The notes beneath the pieces were generated by a model that ran no database searches, was not told the DNA's origin, and was given only the letters and a program-made list of their open reading frames with translations. A DNA stretch of 53,779 nucleotides, from positions 1-53,779 of the forward strand of contig JBCDEZ010000003.1 in NCBI GenBank assembly GCA_039179045.1, given 5' to 3'. This stretch comes from Chlamydiota bacterium (GTDB lineage: Bacteria; Chlamydiota; Chlamydiia; Chlamydiales; SM23-39). The first letter of the stretch is position 1, and each line of letters begins with the position of its first letter. Position numbers and translations under genes: made by a program. Shown here piece by piece: positions 29,103-38,737 of the stretch.

Positions 29103-29209
29103 GCATTCACTATGAAAAGGATACTTGAGATTCTATCAGCAATCGATTACATTGTAAATAAAGCTCAGGGTTTCTTCTGGTACTCAAGGAAAAGAAAGGT
29201 TCGCGATTT

Positions 29210-31339
29210 TTGTTTCTATGGCCTCCGGTATCTAAAGACTTTTGTAAAAAAATCTTGGTTGTCTCTCTTTTTATTCTTCTTTTGACCGCTTTTCTGCATC
29301 TAAGAGAGGCTAAGATCGACAATTTGGAGATCGGAGATTTTGCTCCACGGTTTTTGATCAGTCAGGTAGATTTTTCCTTCCCCGATGAGGAAGCAACCCG
29401 CCTGCTCAAGCAAGACTCTGCCCGGGAAATGGGACTTGTCTACAAGCTCAATGAACGGCAAATTGTCGATACGCGCTTTTCTTTTGAAAATTTCTTGATC
29501 CAAAACTCCCCCTCCCATCAGTTGAATATGCAAGGTTCTTTTGAGCACCTCTACAAAGCAACCGATACGCTGGAAGATGTCCTAGTCGAGAGCCGTTTTA
29601 CCGACGGGAGAACTTTGCAGAAAATGCGGGGATATGGGATCGCTACCCATTACGTACAACCCTACGTGCCCCCTGAAGTAGATACCGCGCTCCTTTTGCC
29701 TCAAAGGATCTGGCAGAAATGGACCGAGATCATCGCGCAAAAGATGTCTGTAGGAACGGAACAGCTCGGATTCATCATCGAATTTTTCTCCAACCGTTCT
29801 TGGGAAATCGAAGAAGACCGTATCCAAAGCAGGGCTCTACGTATGCTTGCTGAAAGGAGCATCCCAGAAAAGATGACGCGTGTGCGTGCGGGAACCAAGA
29901 TCATCGATCAAGGGGAGAAAGTCACCCAGCGGCATATCGTCATGTTGCAGGCGATGAAAGCGCAGCTCAACGAAGATAGGATGCTCTGGGAGCCCCTGCC
30001 GATACTCTCTTCATTCATTTTATCTTTGCTTTTTGTCGGGTTGTCAGGCGGTTACCTTTTTCTCTATAAAAAGACAGTGATTCAATCCCTAAATAAACTC
30101 AGTTTGCTCCTTTGCGTTGTAACGATGATGCTCCTATTTGCAAAAATTACCGAGTTTGTCATTCTGGGCAATTCCCACGAATACTTCAACCTGATGCGCT
30201 ATCCGGTAATTTTGCCATTTGCTGCAATTTTGATCGTCATTTTCCTCCAGGTAGACGTCGCTTTTTTCGCCTCTTCATTTCTCTCTGTCATCCTTTCGAT
30301 GGGACTTGTAGTAGAACATACCAAGTTTTTGATTCTCAATTTGACAGCAGCGCTTGTTGTTGTTACCACGGCTCGTGCGCTCAGGAAGAGAAAAGAGGTG
30401 TTTTTGATCTCTGCTAAAGTCTATTTTGCGATGGTGCCGATTTTGCTTGCATTCTCTTTTGCCGATAACTCCTTTTGGAGCGCCTCTTTGAGTGCGGACT
30501 TGGGATTCACCTGCCTATTCATTTTTGCAGCAGCCATCTTAGTCGTGGGGATTTTGCCTATCTTGGAGTCCCTGTTTCAAGTAATGACCGAAATGTCCTT
30601 GATGGAATACATGGATCCCAACAACGAACTGATCCGGCGTCTGGCTATGGAAACTCCGGGCACCTACCAACACTGTCTTGTGCTGGGCAATCTTTCTGAG
30701 GCTATGGCGCAAGCGATTGGGGCTGATGGATTGTTTTGTAGAGTCGCCACCTTGTACCATGATATTGGCAAGTTGAACAATCCGCAGTTTTTCATGGAAA
30801 ACCAGCCTTCAGGAGTCAATATCCACCAACTTCTAACACCAAAAGAGTCAGCCGAAGTAATCATTTCTCACGTCTCAGATGGGGTGGCAATCGGTAAAAA
30901 ATACCACCTTCCCGAAGTTTTTCTAGATGTTATTCGCGAGCACCATGGGACCACATTAACCTATTTTTTCTACCACAAAGAATTGGAAGTACAGTCAGAA
31001 AATCACGTTATTGAGGAAAACGCGTTCCGCTACCCCGGTCCCAAGCCGAGAAGTAAGGAGTCTGCCATCATCATGATCGCAGATTCTATAGAGGCAGCGT
31101 CACGCTCTTTAGAAAATTTTTCCGAAGAATCACTCCGCTCGCTTGTGGAGAAGATGGTGCAAAAGAGGATTGCTGATGGCCAACTTGCGGATTGTAGCCT
31201 CACCTTTGCTGAGCTTGGCATGGTGCAAGAGGCGCTCGTCCAGCGCCTTTTAGTTGCTCACCATATGCGGATCAAATATCCTGATCGAGACGAGAAGAAA
31301 AACTCGAAACCAGAAAACTCTGGCGAAAAAAAAGAGTAG
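29210..31339 (+). CDS. 7TM-HD phosphohydrolase, PgpH-like cyclic-di-AMP phosphodiesterase family
   Basis: N-terminal TM, extracytoplasmic domain and ~7 TM helices, then PGTYQH, LYHDIGK, HHGT, FRYPGPKP, IMIADSIEAASRSL, RIKYP. Confidence 0.88.
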   Translation: MFLWPPVSKDFCKKILVVSLFILLLTAFLHLREAKIDNLEIGDFAPRFLISQVDFSFPDEEATRLLKQDSAREMGLVYKLNERQIVDTRFSFENFLIQNSPSHQLNMQGSFEHLYKATDTLEDVLVESRFTDGRTLQKMRGYGIATHYVQPYVPPEVDTALLLPQRIWQKWTEIIAQKMSVGTEQLGFIIEFFSNRSWEIEEDRIQSRALRMLAERSIPEKMTRVRAGTKIIDQGEKVTQRHIVMLQAMKAQLNEDRMLWEPLPILSSFILSLLFVGLSGGYLFLYKKTVIQSLNKLSLLLCVVTMMLLFAKITEFVILGNSHEYFNLMRYPVILPFAAILIVIFLQVDVAFFASSFLSVILSMGLVVEHTKFLILNLTAALVVVTTARALRKRKEVFLISAKVYFAMVPILLAFSFADNSFWSASLSADLGFTCLFIFAAAILVVGILPILESLFQVMTEMSLMEYMDPNNELIRRLAMETPGTYQHCLVLGNLSEAMAQAIGADGLFCRVATLYHDIGKLNNPQFFMENQPSGVNIHQLLTPKESAEVIISHVSDGVAIGKKYHLPEVFLDVIREHHGTTLTYFFYHKELEVQSENHVIEENAFRYPGPKPRSKESAIIMIADSIEAASRSLENFSEESLRSLVEKMVQKRIADGQLADCSLTFAELGMVQEALVQRLLVAHHMRIKYPDRDEKKNSKPENSGEKKE

Positions 31340-31370
31340 CAGGTAAATTGCACTCTTTTTTGGAAAGCAG

Positions 31371-32570
31371 ATGAAATTTTCCCTATTCCTATTTTTCCCT
31401 TTTTGCGTTTTTGCCTCGACTATCGGCTATGTTGTACAAGAGGGCACGGGAGCTGTTCGCACGTTCAACACACAAAGCGCTTTTCCTGGGGTTGCCATTC
31501 CACTTGGTGCTACTCCAAAACAGATCTGCCTCTCCCCCGATGGGAGCTGTTTGTATGCAGTTTTCCCCTCCTTGGATACGATTTTGGCTATCGACTCTTC
31601 CACCTATGAAACCCTCTTTGAAATCGTAGTAGAAGATCCTGCTAGTATCTACTTTTCTTCGGAGGGAAAAGGCTATGCTGTTGCTTGTGATGCTCTCTAC
31701 GCTCTCAATACCCAAGACGCCTCTCTTGAAGGCCCCATTGCCTCTTTTTGCGGCTATGGGTCCAGAAAGGTAGTTCTCTCCCCAGATGCTCGTTGTGCTT
31801 ACATCGCTTTGACAGACCAGATCTGCTGCATTGATCTGGAGGCGGAAGTGGCCTTGCAACTCCCTTTGGAAGGGGAGTTTTCCGATCTCGCCTTGACTCC
31901 AAATGGCTCTTTGCTTTGTGTAGTTTACCCTTCTTCTCCCACTCTGTTTTTTGTGATTGAGGTTGCTACCAAAAAGATCTTGCACACTATATCTTTTGAG
32001 GAAGTGGGAAAAGGTGCCTCTGCTATCGTTACGACCCATGATAGCAAAACGGCCTACTTGGTCGCAGAGCAAGAAGATAGCTTATTGGAGATCGATCTCG
32101 AAACTGGTACATTGCAGAGGGTGATTTCTGTTGGAACTTCTCCGAAACATGCTGCGCTTAGCCCAGATGGTGCGACAATTTTTGTTGCGAATTCCTCTTC
32201 AGGGGATGTCACCCCTGTACTTGTAGATACAGGAACAACTTTGCCTGCAATAGCGTTTGGAGACAGTTGCACAGCGATTGCTGTTGCTAACGTCGATCTC
32301 GTACAGGATCTGCAGGTAGAAACTATCAAAAGTCGGTTTTTGGTAGGAGATGCTGTTATCAACACTCTTTCTTGGAAAAGCGCGCCAGGTGCGCGCACGC
32401 AATCCTTTCGTGTCTGGAAAAATGGGCGCTTTTTTCGAGAGGTGCCTGCCCAAGAGGTAATGCTGATTGAAGACCGGCGCATCCAATCTGGAGAACAAGT
32501 AGTTTATTCCGTTGTAGCAGTGAGCGCTTCAGGAACGCCAAGTCGACCATTTGCTATTGAGGTGCCTTGA
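31371..32570 (+). CDS. Secreted YncE/YVTN-type beta-propeller protein with C-terminal FN3-like domain
   Basis: Signal peptide (..FCVFA). Repeated LSPDG/LTPNG blades (VGTSPKHAALSPDGATIFVAN). ~90-aa beta-rich C-terminal domain. Confidence 0.8.
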   Translation: MKFSLFLFFPFCVFASTIGYVVQEGTGAVRTFNTQSAFPGVAIPLGATPKQICLSPDGSCLYAVFPSLDTILAIDSSTYETLFEIVVEDPASIYFSSEGKGYAVACDALYALNTQDASLEGPIASFCGYGSRKVVLSPDARCAYIALTDQICCIDLEAEVALQLPLEGEFSDLALTPNGSLLCVVYPSSPTLFFVIEVATKKILHTISFEEVGKGASAIVTTHDSKTAYLVAEQEDSLLEIDLETGTLQRVISVGTSPKHAALSPDGATIFVANSSSGDVTPVLVDTGTTLPAIAFGDSCTAIAVANVDLVQDLQVETIKSRFLVGDAVINTLSWKSAPGARTQSFRVWKNGRFFREVPAQEVMLIEDRRIQSGEQVVYSVVAVSASGTPSRPFAIEVP

Positions 32571-33775
32571 TCATGGGGGTCTTTTTTTGGGTCTTTTTTC
32601 TTTGCTGCGTGCCTCTTTTTGCAGAACCCATCTATGTTGCGCACGGAGCTTCTGGAGGTCTCTCATTTCTTGAGAAAACGCGCCTTGACCCGGCTGCTTT
32701 TTTGCCTCTTTTGCACAGCTCACCCGAGAAAATTCTTGGCCAGGGTAATCGGCTCTACCTCATTTCTGCGGGCAGCTCTTGGATAGAAATTATCGATGCA
32801 AAGTTGCAGACAGCTGTAGGCAGGATCGATTGCGGGGTGCCCATTATGGATGCTTGCTTGTGGAGAAATTGCCTTTTTGTCACTTCTGTGAACGACCTGA
32901 TTGCGCTCGACCTTACTGAGCAAGAGATTCTATACGCAATAGAACATAATTTGACCGGGGCTCTGCGGGTTGCTGTTGAGGAAAAGGGGCGCTTTGCATG
33001 CATGACAGGTGATGGAGGGTGTCTACAAACATTTGACTTGGAAAAGAGACTTGCACAAGAAAAAGTCGTTGCCGCTCAAGGCGACCTCTGCGCTCTATGT
33101 TCCGTTCCTGGGACCTCTTTGATGCTAATCGCAGAGAGCAGTTATGATCACGAGTTGTTCATTTGGGATGAGGAAAAGCAGACGAAAAAGATTCTTTGCA
33201 CTTGCGTGCACCAGGTTGAGGGGGGAACAGATCTTTGTTTTGCTCCGAATGGAGATGTCTTGTATCTTCTCGGAAAAGATACCGCAAATATCGGGAAAAT
33301 TACTTGGCAAGAGGGGAAAATTGAGAAGTTAGTTCCCGTGGCACTTGGATCTAGCTCCTTTGCAATTACAGAAGAAGGAAGTTTTCTTTATGTCGCAAGT
33401 CCAGAGGAAAACCTAATCGATGTTTTCGATTTGGCATCTTTTGATAGGCGTCCACCTGCTCGTTTTCCATATCCATGCAATGCCATCTATATCCCGCATA
33501 GAGAACTCGTCGAAAAGGTTCGCGGCGAGCAGCAAAGCGCTCAATTTCTATCAGCAAAACAATGGGTCAACATCCTAGAGTGGTCTTCTTCCTACCCGGA
33601 TGAGATCGCACACTATATCGTAAAAAAAGAGGGCAACTTCTTTAGAAAAGTGCCCTCTCAAAGTCAAATGAGTCTGGAAGACAGAAGAGCGCAAGAGGGG
33701 AGAAAAGTCCTCTATGAAATTGTCCCTGTAAGCACTTCGGGAACCTATGCGAAAAGTTACTGGATTGAAATCTAG
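32567..33775 (+). CDS. Secreted YncE-type beta-propeller paralog with C-terminal FN3-like domain
   Basis: Signal peptide (..VPLFA). FAPNGDVLY and ITEEGSFLYVA blades. C-terminal domain alignable with the upstream gene. Confidence 0.78.
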   Translation: MIMGVFFWVFFLCCVPLFAEPIYVAHGASGGLSFLEKTRLDPAAFLPLLHSSPEKILGQGNRLYLISAGSSWIEIIDAKLQTAVGRIDCGVPIMDACLWRNCLFVTSVNDLIALDLTEQEILYAIEHNLTGALRVAVEEKGRFACMTGDGGCLQTFDLEKRLAQEKVVAAQGDLCALCSVPGTSLMLIAESSYDHELFIWDEEKQTKKILCTCVHQVEGGTDLCFAPNGDVLYLLGKDTANIGKITWQEGKIEKLVPVALGSSSFAITEEGSFLYVASPEENLIDVFDLASFDRRPPARFPYPCNAIYIPHRELVEKVRGEQQSAQFLSAKQWVNILEWSSSYPDEIAHYIVKKEGNFFRKVPSQSQMSLEDRRAQEGRKVLYEIVPVSTSGTYAKSYWIEI

Positions 33776-33786
33776 TTTGTATGATC

Positions 33787-35562
33787 TTATCCCTGATGGA
33801 GCTCTTTGCGTAAAAGCGCTTCTAATGCCTCAAGATCCTGATCGCAGTCTGCAATCGCAGAATCAACTGAGGAAAACTCTTTTCTATGGCACGAGAGGTA
33901 GCATTTGATCTTCGGTTCGGTTCCAGAAAGGCGAAGAGCAAAAGAACAGGGGACCTCGGATGAAGACTTCTCAAGAAGATAGCGAACCATAGTACTCTTC
34001 GGAAAGGGAAGAGGGCTCGTGAGGTCGGTTGCCAGATCCAAGACCAATCCCTGCTCGTAGTCCTCAACTCGCTTGGTCCGGAAGGTTGCAAAAGAGGACT
34101 TTGGCGCGCAGCGAAGAGCTGTCACCATGCCTTGCATTGTTTCCCGCTTTTCGACTGGAAAAGGGATGGAAAAAAGGTGTTCGCGGTAAACACCGTAAGA
34201 AGCATAGATTTTTTTCAGGAGGTCATATAAGGAGAGTTTCTGCTTTTTCGCATACTCGGTAGCAAGGGCGATCAGGCCTGATGCTAGGGCAGCGTCCTTA
34301 TCCCGTACAAAATCTCCTAGGAGGTAGCCTAAAGACTCCTCAGCCCCGAAAAGAAAGTTGTGCTCAGAAGTCTGCTCCCATTTTGCGATCTTTTCTGCAA
34401 TGTACTTGAAACCTGTTGGCACCTCATAGCAGGGATACCCGTGCGCTCTACACATAGCAGAGAAAAGATCGGTCGTAACAACACTTTTGATGAAAGCTCC
34501 CTTCTCTGGAAAAAACTTCTTATGGTGCAATAGGAAATCGAGGCAGATACAGGCAATCTGGTTGCCAGAAAAGTAGATCGGCGTTTCATTGTGCATGGCG
34601 ACTACACCGACGCGATCGGCATCGGGATCAGTTGCAAGGAAAAGATCGGCCTCTTTTTCTTGCATCAATTGGATGCCTGGCTCGAGGGAATTTGCATTTT
34701 CAGGATTGGGATTCTTGGCTTCAGGAAACTCGCCGTCGGTCGAGAGCTGGCCTTTGACATAAGAGATCTGAGAAAAACCTACATCTCCTAAGACTCTGGG
34801 AATGGTCGTGATTCCTGTCCCATGCAAATTCGAGTAGACAATCGAGAGGCGGCTCTTGCGGCGTCTTTTACCAAAAAGCCGGATGAAAAGAGCCTGTGCC
34901 TTTGCAAAGTAGGCCTCGTCGAGTTCTTGCTCCACCCAATGGATGAGAGAGCTTTTGAGATCCTCACGCTGTACCTCTTCCGGTCCCTCTATTTTTGCTA
35001 CTTCCTCCACAATACCTAGGTCATGGGGAGGTGTTACCTGCCCTCCATCTGCCCAGTAGACCTTGTAGCCGTTGTACTCGGGGGGATTGTGCGATGCGGT
35101 GATCATGATAGCGGCAGAGCAGCCATAATGGCGGCATCCAAAAGAGCAGAGGGGAGTGGGACGTAGGTTCTTGGTGATGTATACAGATACGCCGTTTCCT
35201 GCCAATACCTTGGCACATAGCTTAGCAAAAAAAAGAGAGTTGGTCCGGTTGTCGTAACTGACAAAAACAGATAAAGACGGTTTATCTACTGTTTTGCAGA
35301 GATAAGAGGCAAGTCCTTGTGTGATTTTCTCGACGGTATACTCATTGAGACGGTTGGTTCCTACACCCATCAACGCACGAATTCCCCCAGTACCAAACTT
35401 GAGGTTATGCCCGAAGGCATCTTCTACCTGCTCAGGATATTTTTTCACGAAAAGGAGAGTATCCTTGCGATAAGAAGAGTCGTAACTATCAGTAAAGACC
35501 TGCTCAAGATTTCTCTTAGCTGCCGAAGAAAAATCTTCAAAATCGGGCAAATTATTTTTCAT
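33787..35562 (-). CDS. pgm: Phosphoglucomutase/phosphomannomutase
   Basis: Motifs FGTGGIR, ITASHNPPEYNGYK, DPDADR, GAEESLG, SGTEPKIK. Confidence 0.95.
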   Translation of the reverse strand: MKNNLPDFEDFSSAAKRNLEQVFTDSYDSSYRKDTLLFVKKYPEQVEDAFGHNLKFGTGGIRALMGVGTNRLNEYTVEKITQGLASYLCKTVDKPSLSVFVSYDNRTNSLFFAKLCAKVLAGNGVSVYITKNLRPTPLCSFGCRHYGCSAAIMITASHNPPEYNGYKVYWADGGQVTPPHDLGIVEEVAKIEGPEEVQREDLKSSLIHWVEQELDEAYFAKAQALFIRLFGKRRRKSRLSIVYSNLHGTGITTIPRVLGDVGFSQISYVKGQLSTDGEFPEAKNPNPENANSLEPGIQLMQEKEADLFLATDPDADRVGVVAMHNETPIYFSGNQIACICLDFLLHHKKFFPEKGAFIKSVVTTDLFSAMCRAHGYPCYEVPTGFKYIAEKIAKWEQTSEHNFLFGAEESLGYLLGDFVRDKDAALASGLIALATEYAKKQKLSLYDLLKKIYASYGVYREHLFSIPFPVEKRETMQGMVTALRCAPKSSFATFRTKRVEDYEQGLVLDLATDLTSPLPFPKSTMVRYLLEKSSSEVPCSFALRLSGTEPKIKCYLSCHRKEFSSVDSAIADCDQDLEALEALLRKELHQG

Positions 35563-35632
35563 AGTGTCAGCACAAGTGTAAGAAGAATAGACGAAAGAAG
35601 CAACAGCAAACCGCGCTCGAGAGAAAATACCA

Positions 35633-36124
35633 TCAGCTAGGCTGTGCTTGTATCTGCTCTGCTAGGTAAGCTGCCTTCTCTCTAAGGTAATCTTCTGAAA
35701 GCGGGGAGGAGAGCGAATCGGTTAAAAATCGCCACAGGATGCTTGTGGTCCATGTTCCCTCAGGAATAGCAATGATGTGGAAGTGTACATGAGGCACGGT
35801 TTGGCCCGCACTTTTCCCATTTTTCTGCAAGAGAAGGTAGTTGCCCAAGCCATCTGCTTGCAGAATGTTTTTCTCGACTTTTTGCACAAGGGAAAAAGCT
35901 GCCGTCATCTCCTCAGGTGTTAGCTCCTCGAGTCTTTCTACATGCCGTTTTGGGATAATCAGGAGGTGATCTTCATACAGGGGTATATGGGGATAGATCC
36001 CTAAAACGAGGTCATCTTCATAGAAAGTTTGTACTTCTTTAGCCTTGCCTCCAGGGCAAAACGGACAAGAAGGAAAAAGAGAAACTGTGAAGAGAAAAAA
36101 AATGAGAAATGGTTTCAGCATCAT
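35633..36124 (-). CDS. HIT family hydrolase with N-terminal signal-peptide-like segment
   Basis: Motifs CPFC, HLLIIPKRHV, NGKSAGQTVPHVHFHII. Hydrophobic leader MMLKPFLIFFLFTVSLFP. Confidence 0.9.
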   Translation of the reverse strand: MMLKPFLIFFLFTVSLFPSCPFCPGGKAKEVQTFYEDDLVLGIYPHIPLYEDHLLIIPKRHVERLEELTPEEMTAAFSLVQKVEKNILQADGLGNYLLLQKNGKSAGQTVPHVHFHIIAIPEGTWTTSILWRFLTDSLSSPLSEDYLREKAAYLAEQIQAQPS

Positions 36125-36334
36125 GCACTTCCTAACTGAAAAAGAGAATTGAATTTACCAGAGAAGATGGCTTTTGCGCAAGATGGAGCAAATGTTTAGC
36201 AAGAGGAATTGCATGTAATTTTCTTGGAAAAAAGTTCTCATAGGTTGGTCCCATTCATGCAGAAATCGTTTTATGTCTGGTTTAAATTTTTCTTGTCTTG
36301 CGCTAAAACCTTGCTTGAGATTTTGCCTGGGAAG

Positions 36335-37207
36335 CTATTGGAAGGTGTTTCTATTGAGGCGCATAGTGCGCACTGGTGTAATTTTCTCGGCGCTGATCTG
36401 ATAAACAGCAATCCCGATCTCTTGATCTAGCAAATCGTAGAGATGAAAGGTTCCCTGGCCCTGAAGAGAGACGCTTCCGCTATCTACAATGAGACCGCGC
36501 CCCTCTTCTCGTAGGTCCGCAATACAAGAGCGGTGCGTATGTCCATGCGCATAAATCTCAATCCGTGGATCTTGAGCGATGATGTTCTCTAAGCGGTCTC
36601 CCCCTTGTAGTGTTTTTCTGGGAGCATCAAAGGGAAAAAAGGGGAAGTGGCTCGCCAAAAAGATCGGCATTTTGGGTAGTTCAGCGAGTAAAGTCCGTAA
36701 ATTCTGCTCCACTTTCTTAGAAAACACACCTTGTGAGGAATACAGGGGAGTGGACTCAACCGTATCAATGCCGACATAGAACCAACCCTCTTGCAAAAGA
36801 TGCGCCTCTACCCCATGCTCCTTGAGGGTATATTTTCCGAACCCTGGAGAAGAAGGAAAGTACCTATAAAAGGTCTTCCTTTGGAAGTCTTTTTTCGTAT
36901 AGTGATCGTGATTTCCTGGAAGAGCAAGAATGTGGCCCCTTTCCCCCGCGATTTCTCGCAGGAGCTGCGCTGCTGCAAAGAGTTCTTTTTCTCTACCCGT
37001 TGTCGAGGCATCTCCAGTGAAGAGGATTGTGTCCACAGAATACTCTCTAGCAAAAGCAGGCAAAAGGGAAAGTTGGGAAGGAGCAAGGCAATAGCGCCTG
37101 GAAAACCAAAAGTTGAGTAGGCCAACGCTCCTTTTGGAAAAGAGTTCGGATAGTCGAAAAGCAGGATTGCAAAAATGTAGATCGGACAGGTGTAGGATAC
37201 GTTTCAC
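36335..37207 (-). CDS. Calcineurin-like metallophosphoesterase (Icc/CpdA-like)
   Basis: Motifs HLSDLH, TGD, PGNHD, HFP, HGHTH. Confidence 0.9.
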   Translation of the reverse strand: MKRILHLSDLHFCNPAFRLSELFSKRSVGLLNFWFSRRYCLAPSQLSLLPAFAREYSVDTILFTGDASTTGREKELFAAAQLLREIAGERGHILALPGNHDHYTKKDFQRKTFYRYFPSSPGFGKYTLKEHGVEAHLLQEGWFYVGIDTVESTPLYSSQGVFSKKVEQNLRTLLAELPKMPIFLASHFPFFPFDAPRKTLQGGDRLENIIAQDPRIEIYAHGHTHRSCIADLREEGRGLIVDSGSVSLQGQGTFHLYDLLDQEIGIAVYQISAEKITPVRTMRLNRNTFQ

Positions 37208-37387
37208 GAAATGCTCTGGCTATCAAATTGAAGCAATCGTACTCGTTTCATAGAAAAAATACAATTGTGTAGGTGTGGGGTACAGGTGACTTCGTATTGA
37301 ATAGGATTTTTGCATCAGTGGTCCCGGTAAGGGGAGATGTCACCTGGTGGATAAGCATGAGCCTTTCATTGCAGTCCTGAGAATGGA

Positions 37388-38737
37388 TCAAAATTCTGCG
37401 TGGCCAGGGTACCTTGGAAACGGGATCACGTCGCGAATGTTTTCCATGCCCGTCATCACCTGCAAGAGTCTCTCAAAGCCCATGCCAAAGCCGCTATGGG
37501 GACAAGAGCCATATTTGCGCAAGTCGAGGTACCACCAGTACTGTTCTGGAGAGAGTCCTTGGGCGCATATTTTGCTTTTGAGGATCTCGAGATCATCTTC
37601 TCTTTCTGATCCTCCAATGAGCTCCCCAATACCTGGAACAAGAAGGTCCACAGCACGGACCGTTTTCCCATCGGGGGACTCCTTCATGTAGAAGGCTTTG
37701 ATCTCTTTGGGATAGTTGTAGAGGAAAACAGGGCCTTTGCAAAACTCTTCGGCTAGATACCGTTCGTGTTCTGCTTGCAAATCGCAGCCCCACTCTACGG
37801 GGAAGGAAAACGAATTGGGGGCCTTTTTCAATACTTCAATCGCCTCTGTGTAGGAGAGTCTAGGGAAAGGAATCTCCAAGAATTTAGACAGCTTTTCGAT
37901 GAGCCCCTTTTCGATGAACTGCGCAAAAAAGTCGAGGTCGCGCGTTCCTTTTTCCAATCCAAAGCGGATGAGAAATTTGAGGAACTCTTCGGCAATATCC
38001 ATATTTCTGTCCAAGCGGCAAAATGCCATTTCAGGTTCGATCATCCAAAATTCGGATAGGTGCCTTGAAGTGTGCGAGTTTTCTGCCCGGAATGTAGGGC
38101 CAAAGGTGTAGACTTGGCTCAAGGCAAGAGCGCAAATTTCCGCTTCCAACTGCCCCGAGACGTTGAGATAGCTTTGAGGGCCAAAAAAGTTCTCCTCTCC
38201 TCTCGTAACTCGAAATAGCTCTCCTGCTCCCTCGCAGTCTAGATTTGTAATGATGGGGGTATGCACGTGAACAAAGCCCTTCTCGTGGAAAAAATGGTGC
38301 ACAGCGTAACTCATAAGGCTGCGGACACGCAGGCAAGCGCCTTGCGTATTTGTTCTGGGACGCAGGTGCGCAATCGTGCGCAGATAGGGGAACGAGTGGC
38401 GCTTTTTTTGTAGGGGATAGTCGTTTGGACAGGTCCCTAAGATAAGTAGGCGTGTGGCTTGCAGTTCGACTTCTTGCTTACCCCCAGGGCTTTTGACAAG
38501 CGATCCCTCGATTTCGACAGAGGCTCCTGTGCTGAGATCTTCCAATAGAATAGGGTAGTTTGGAAGAGTTTTGTCTAAGATCACCTGTATCGAATCAAAA
38601 TAGGTACCATCGTTTACCTGCAAAAAGCAAAAGTTTTTCTGGACGCGCACACTCCGAACCCATCCTGTGAGCGTACAGGGGCCCTGCATCCCCTCTTGTT
38701 CTGTAAGTAGTTGTTTGACAGATCGTTTAAGAAGCAT
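37388..38737 (-). CDS. asnS: Asparagine--tRNA ligase
   Basis: Motifs GWVRSVR, YPLQKKRH, HLRPRTN, FGPTFRAENSHTSRHLSEFWMIEPE, PHSGFGMGFER. Confidence 0.97.
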   Translation of the reverse strand: MLLKRSVKQLLTEQEGMQGPCTLTGWVRSVRVQKNFCFLQVNDGTYFDSIQVILDKTLPNYPILLEDLSTGASVEIEGSLVKSPGGKQEVELQATRLLILGTCPNDYPLQKKRHSFPYLRTIAHLRPRTNTQGACLRVRSLMSYAVHHFFHEKGFVHVHTPIITNLDCEGAGELFRVTRGEENFFGPQSYLNVSGQLEAEICALALSQVYTFGPTFRAENSHTSRHLSEFWMIEPEMAFCRLDRNMDIAEEFLKFLIRFGLEKGTRDLDFFAQFIEKGLIEKLSKFLEIPFPRLSYTEAIEVLKKAPNSFSFPVEWGCDLQAEHERYLAEEFCKGPVFLYNYPKEIKAFYMKESPDGKTVRAVDLLVPGIGELIGGSEREDDLEILKSKICAQGLSPEQYWWYLDLRKYGSCPHSGFGMGFERLLQVMTGMENIRDVIPFPRYPGHAEF

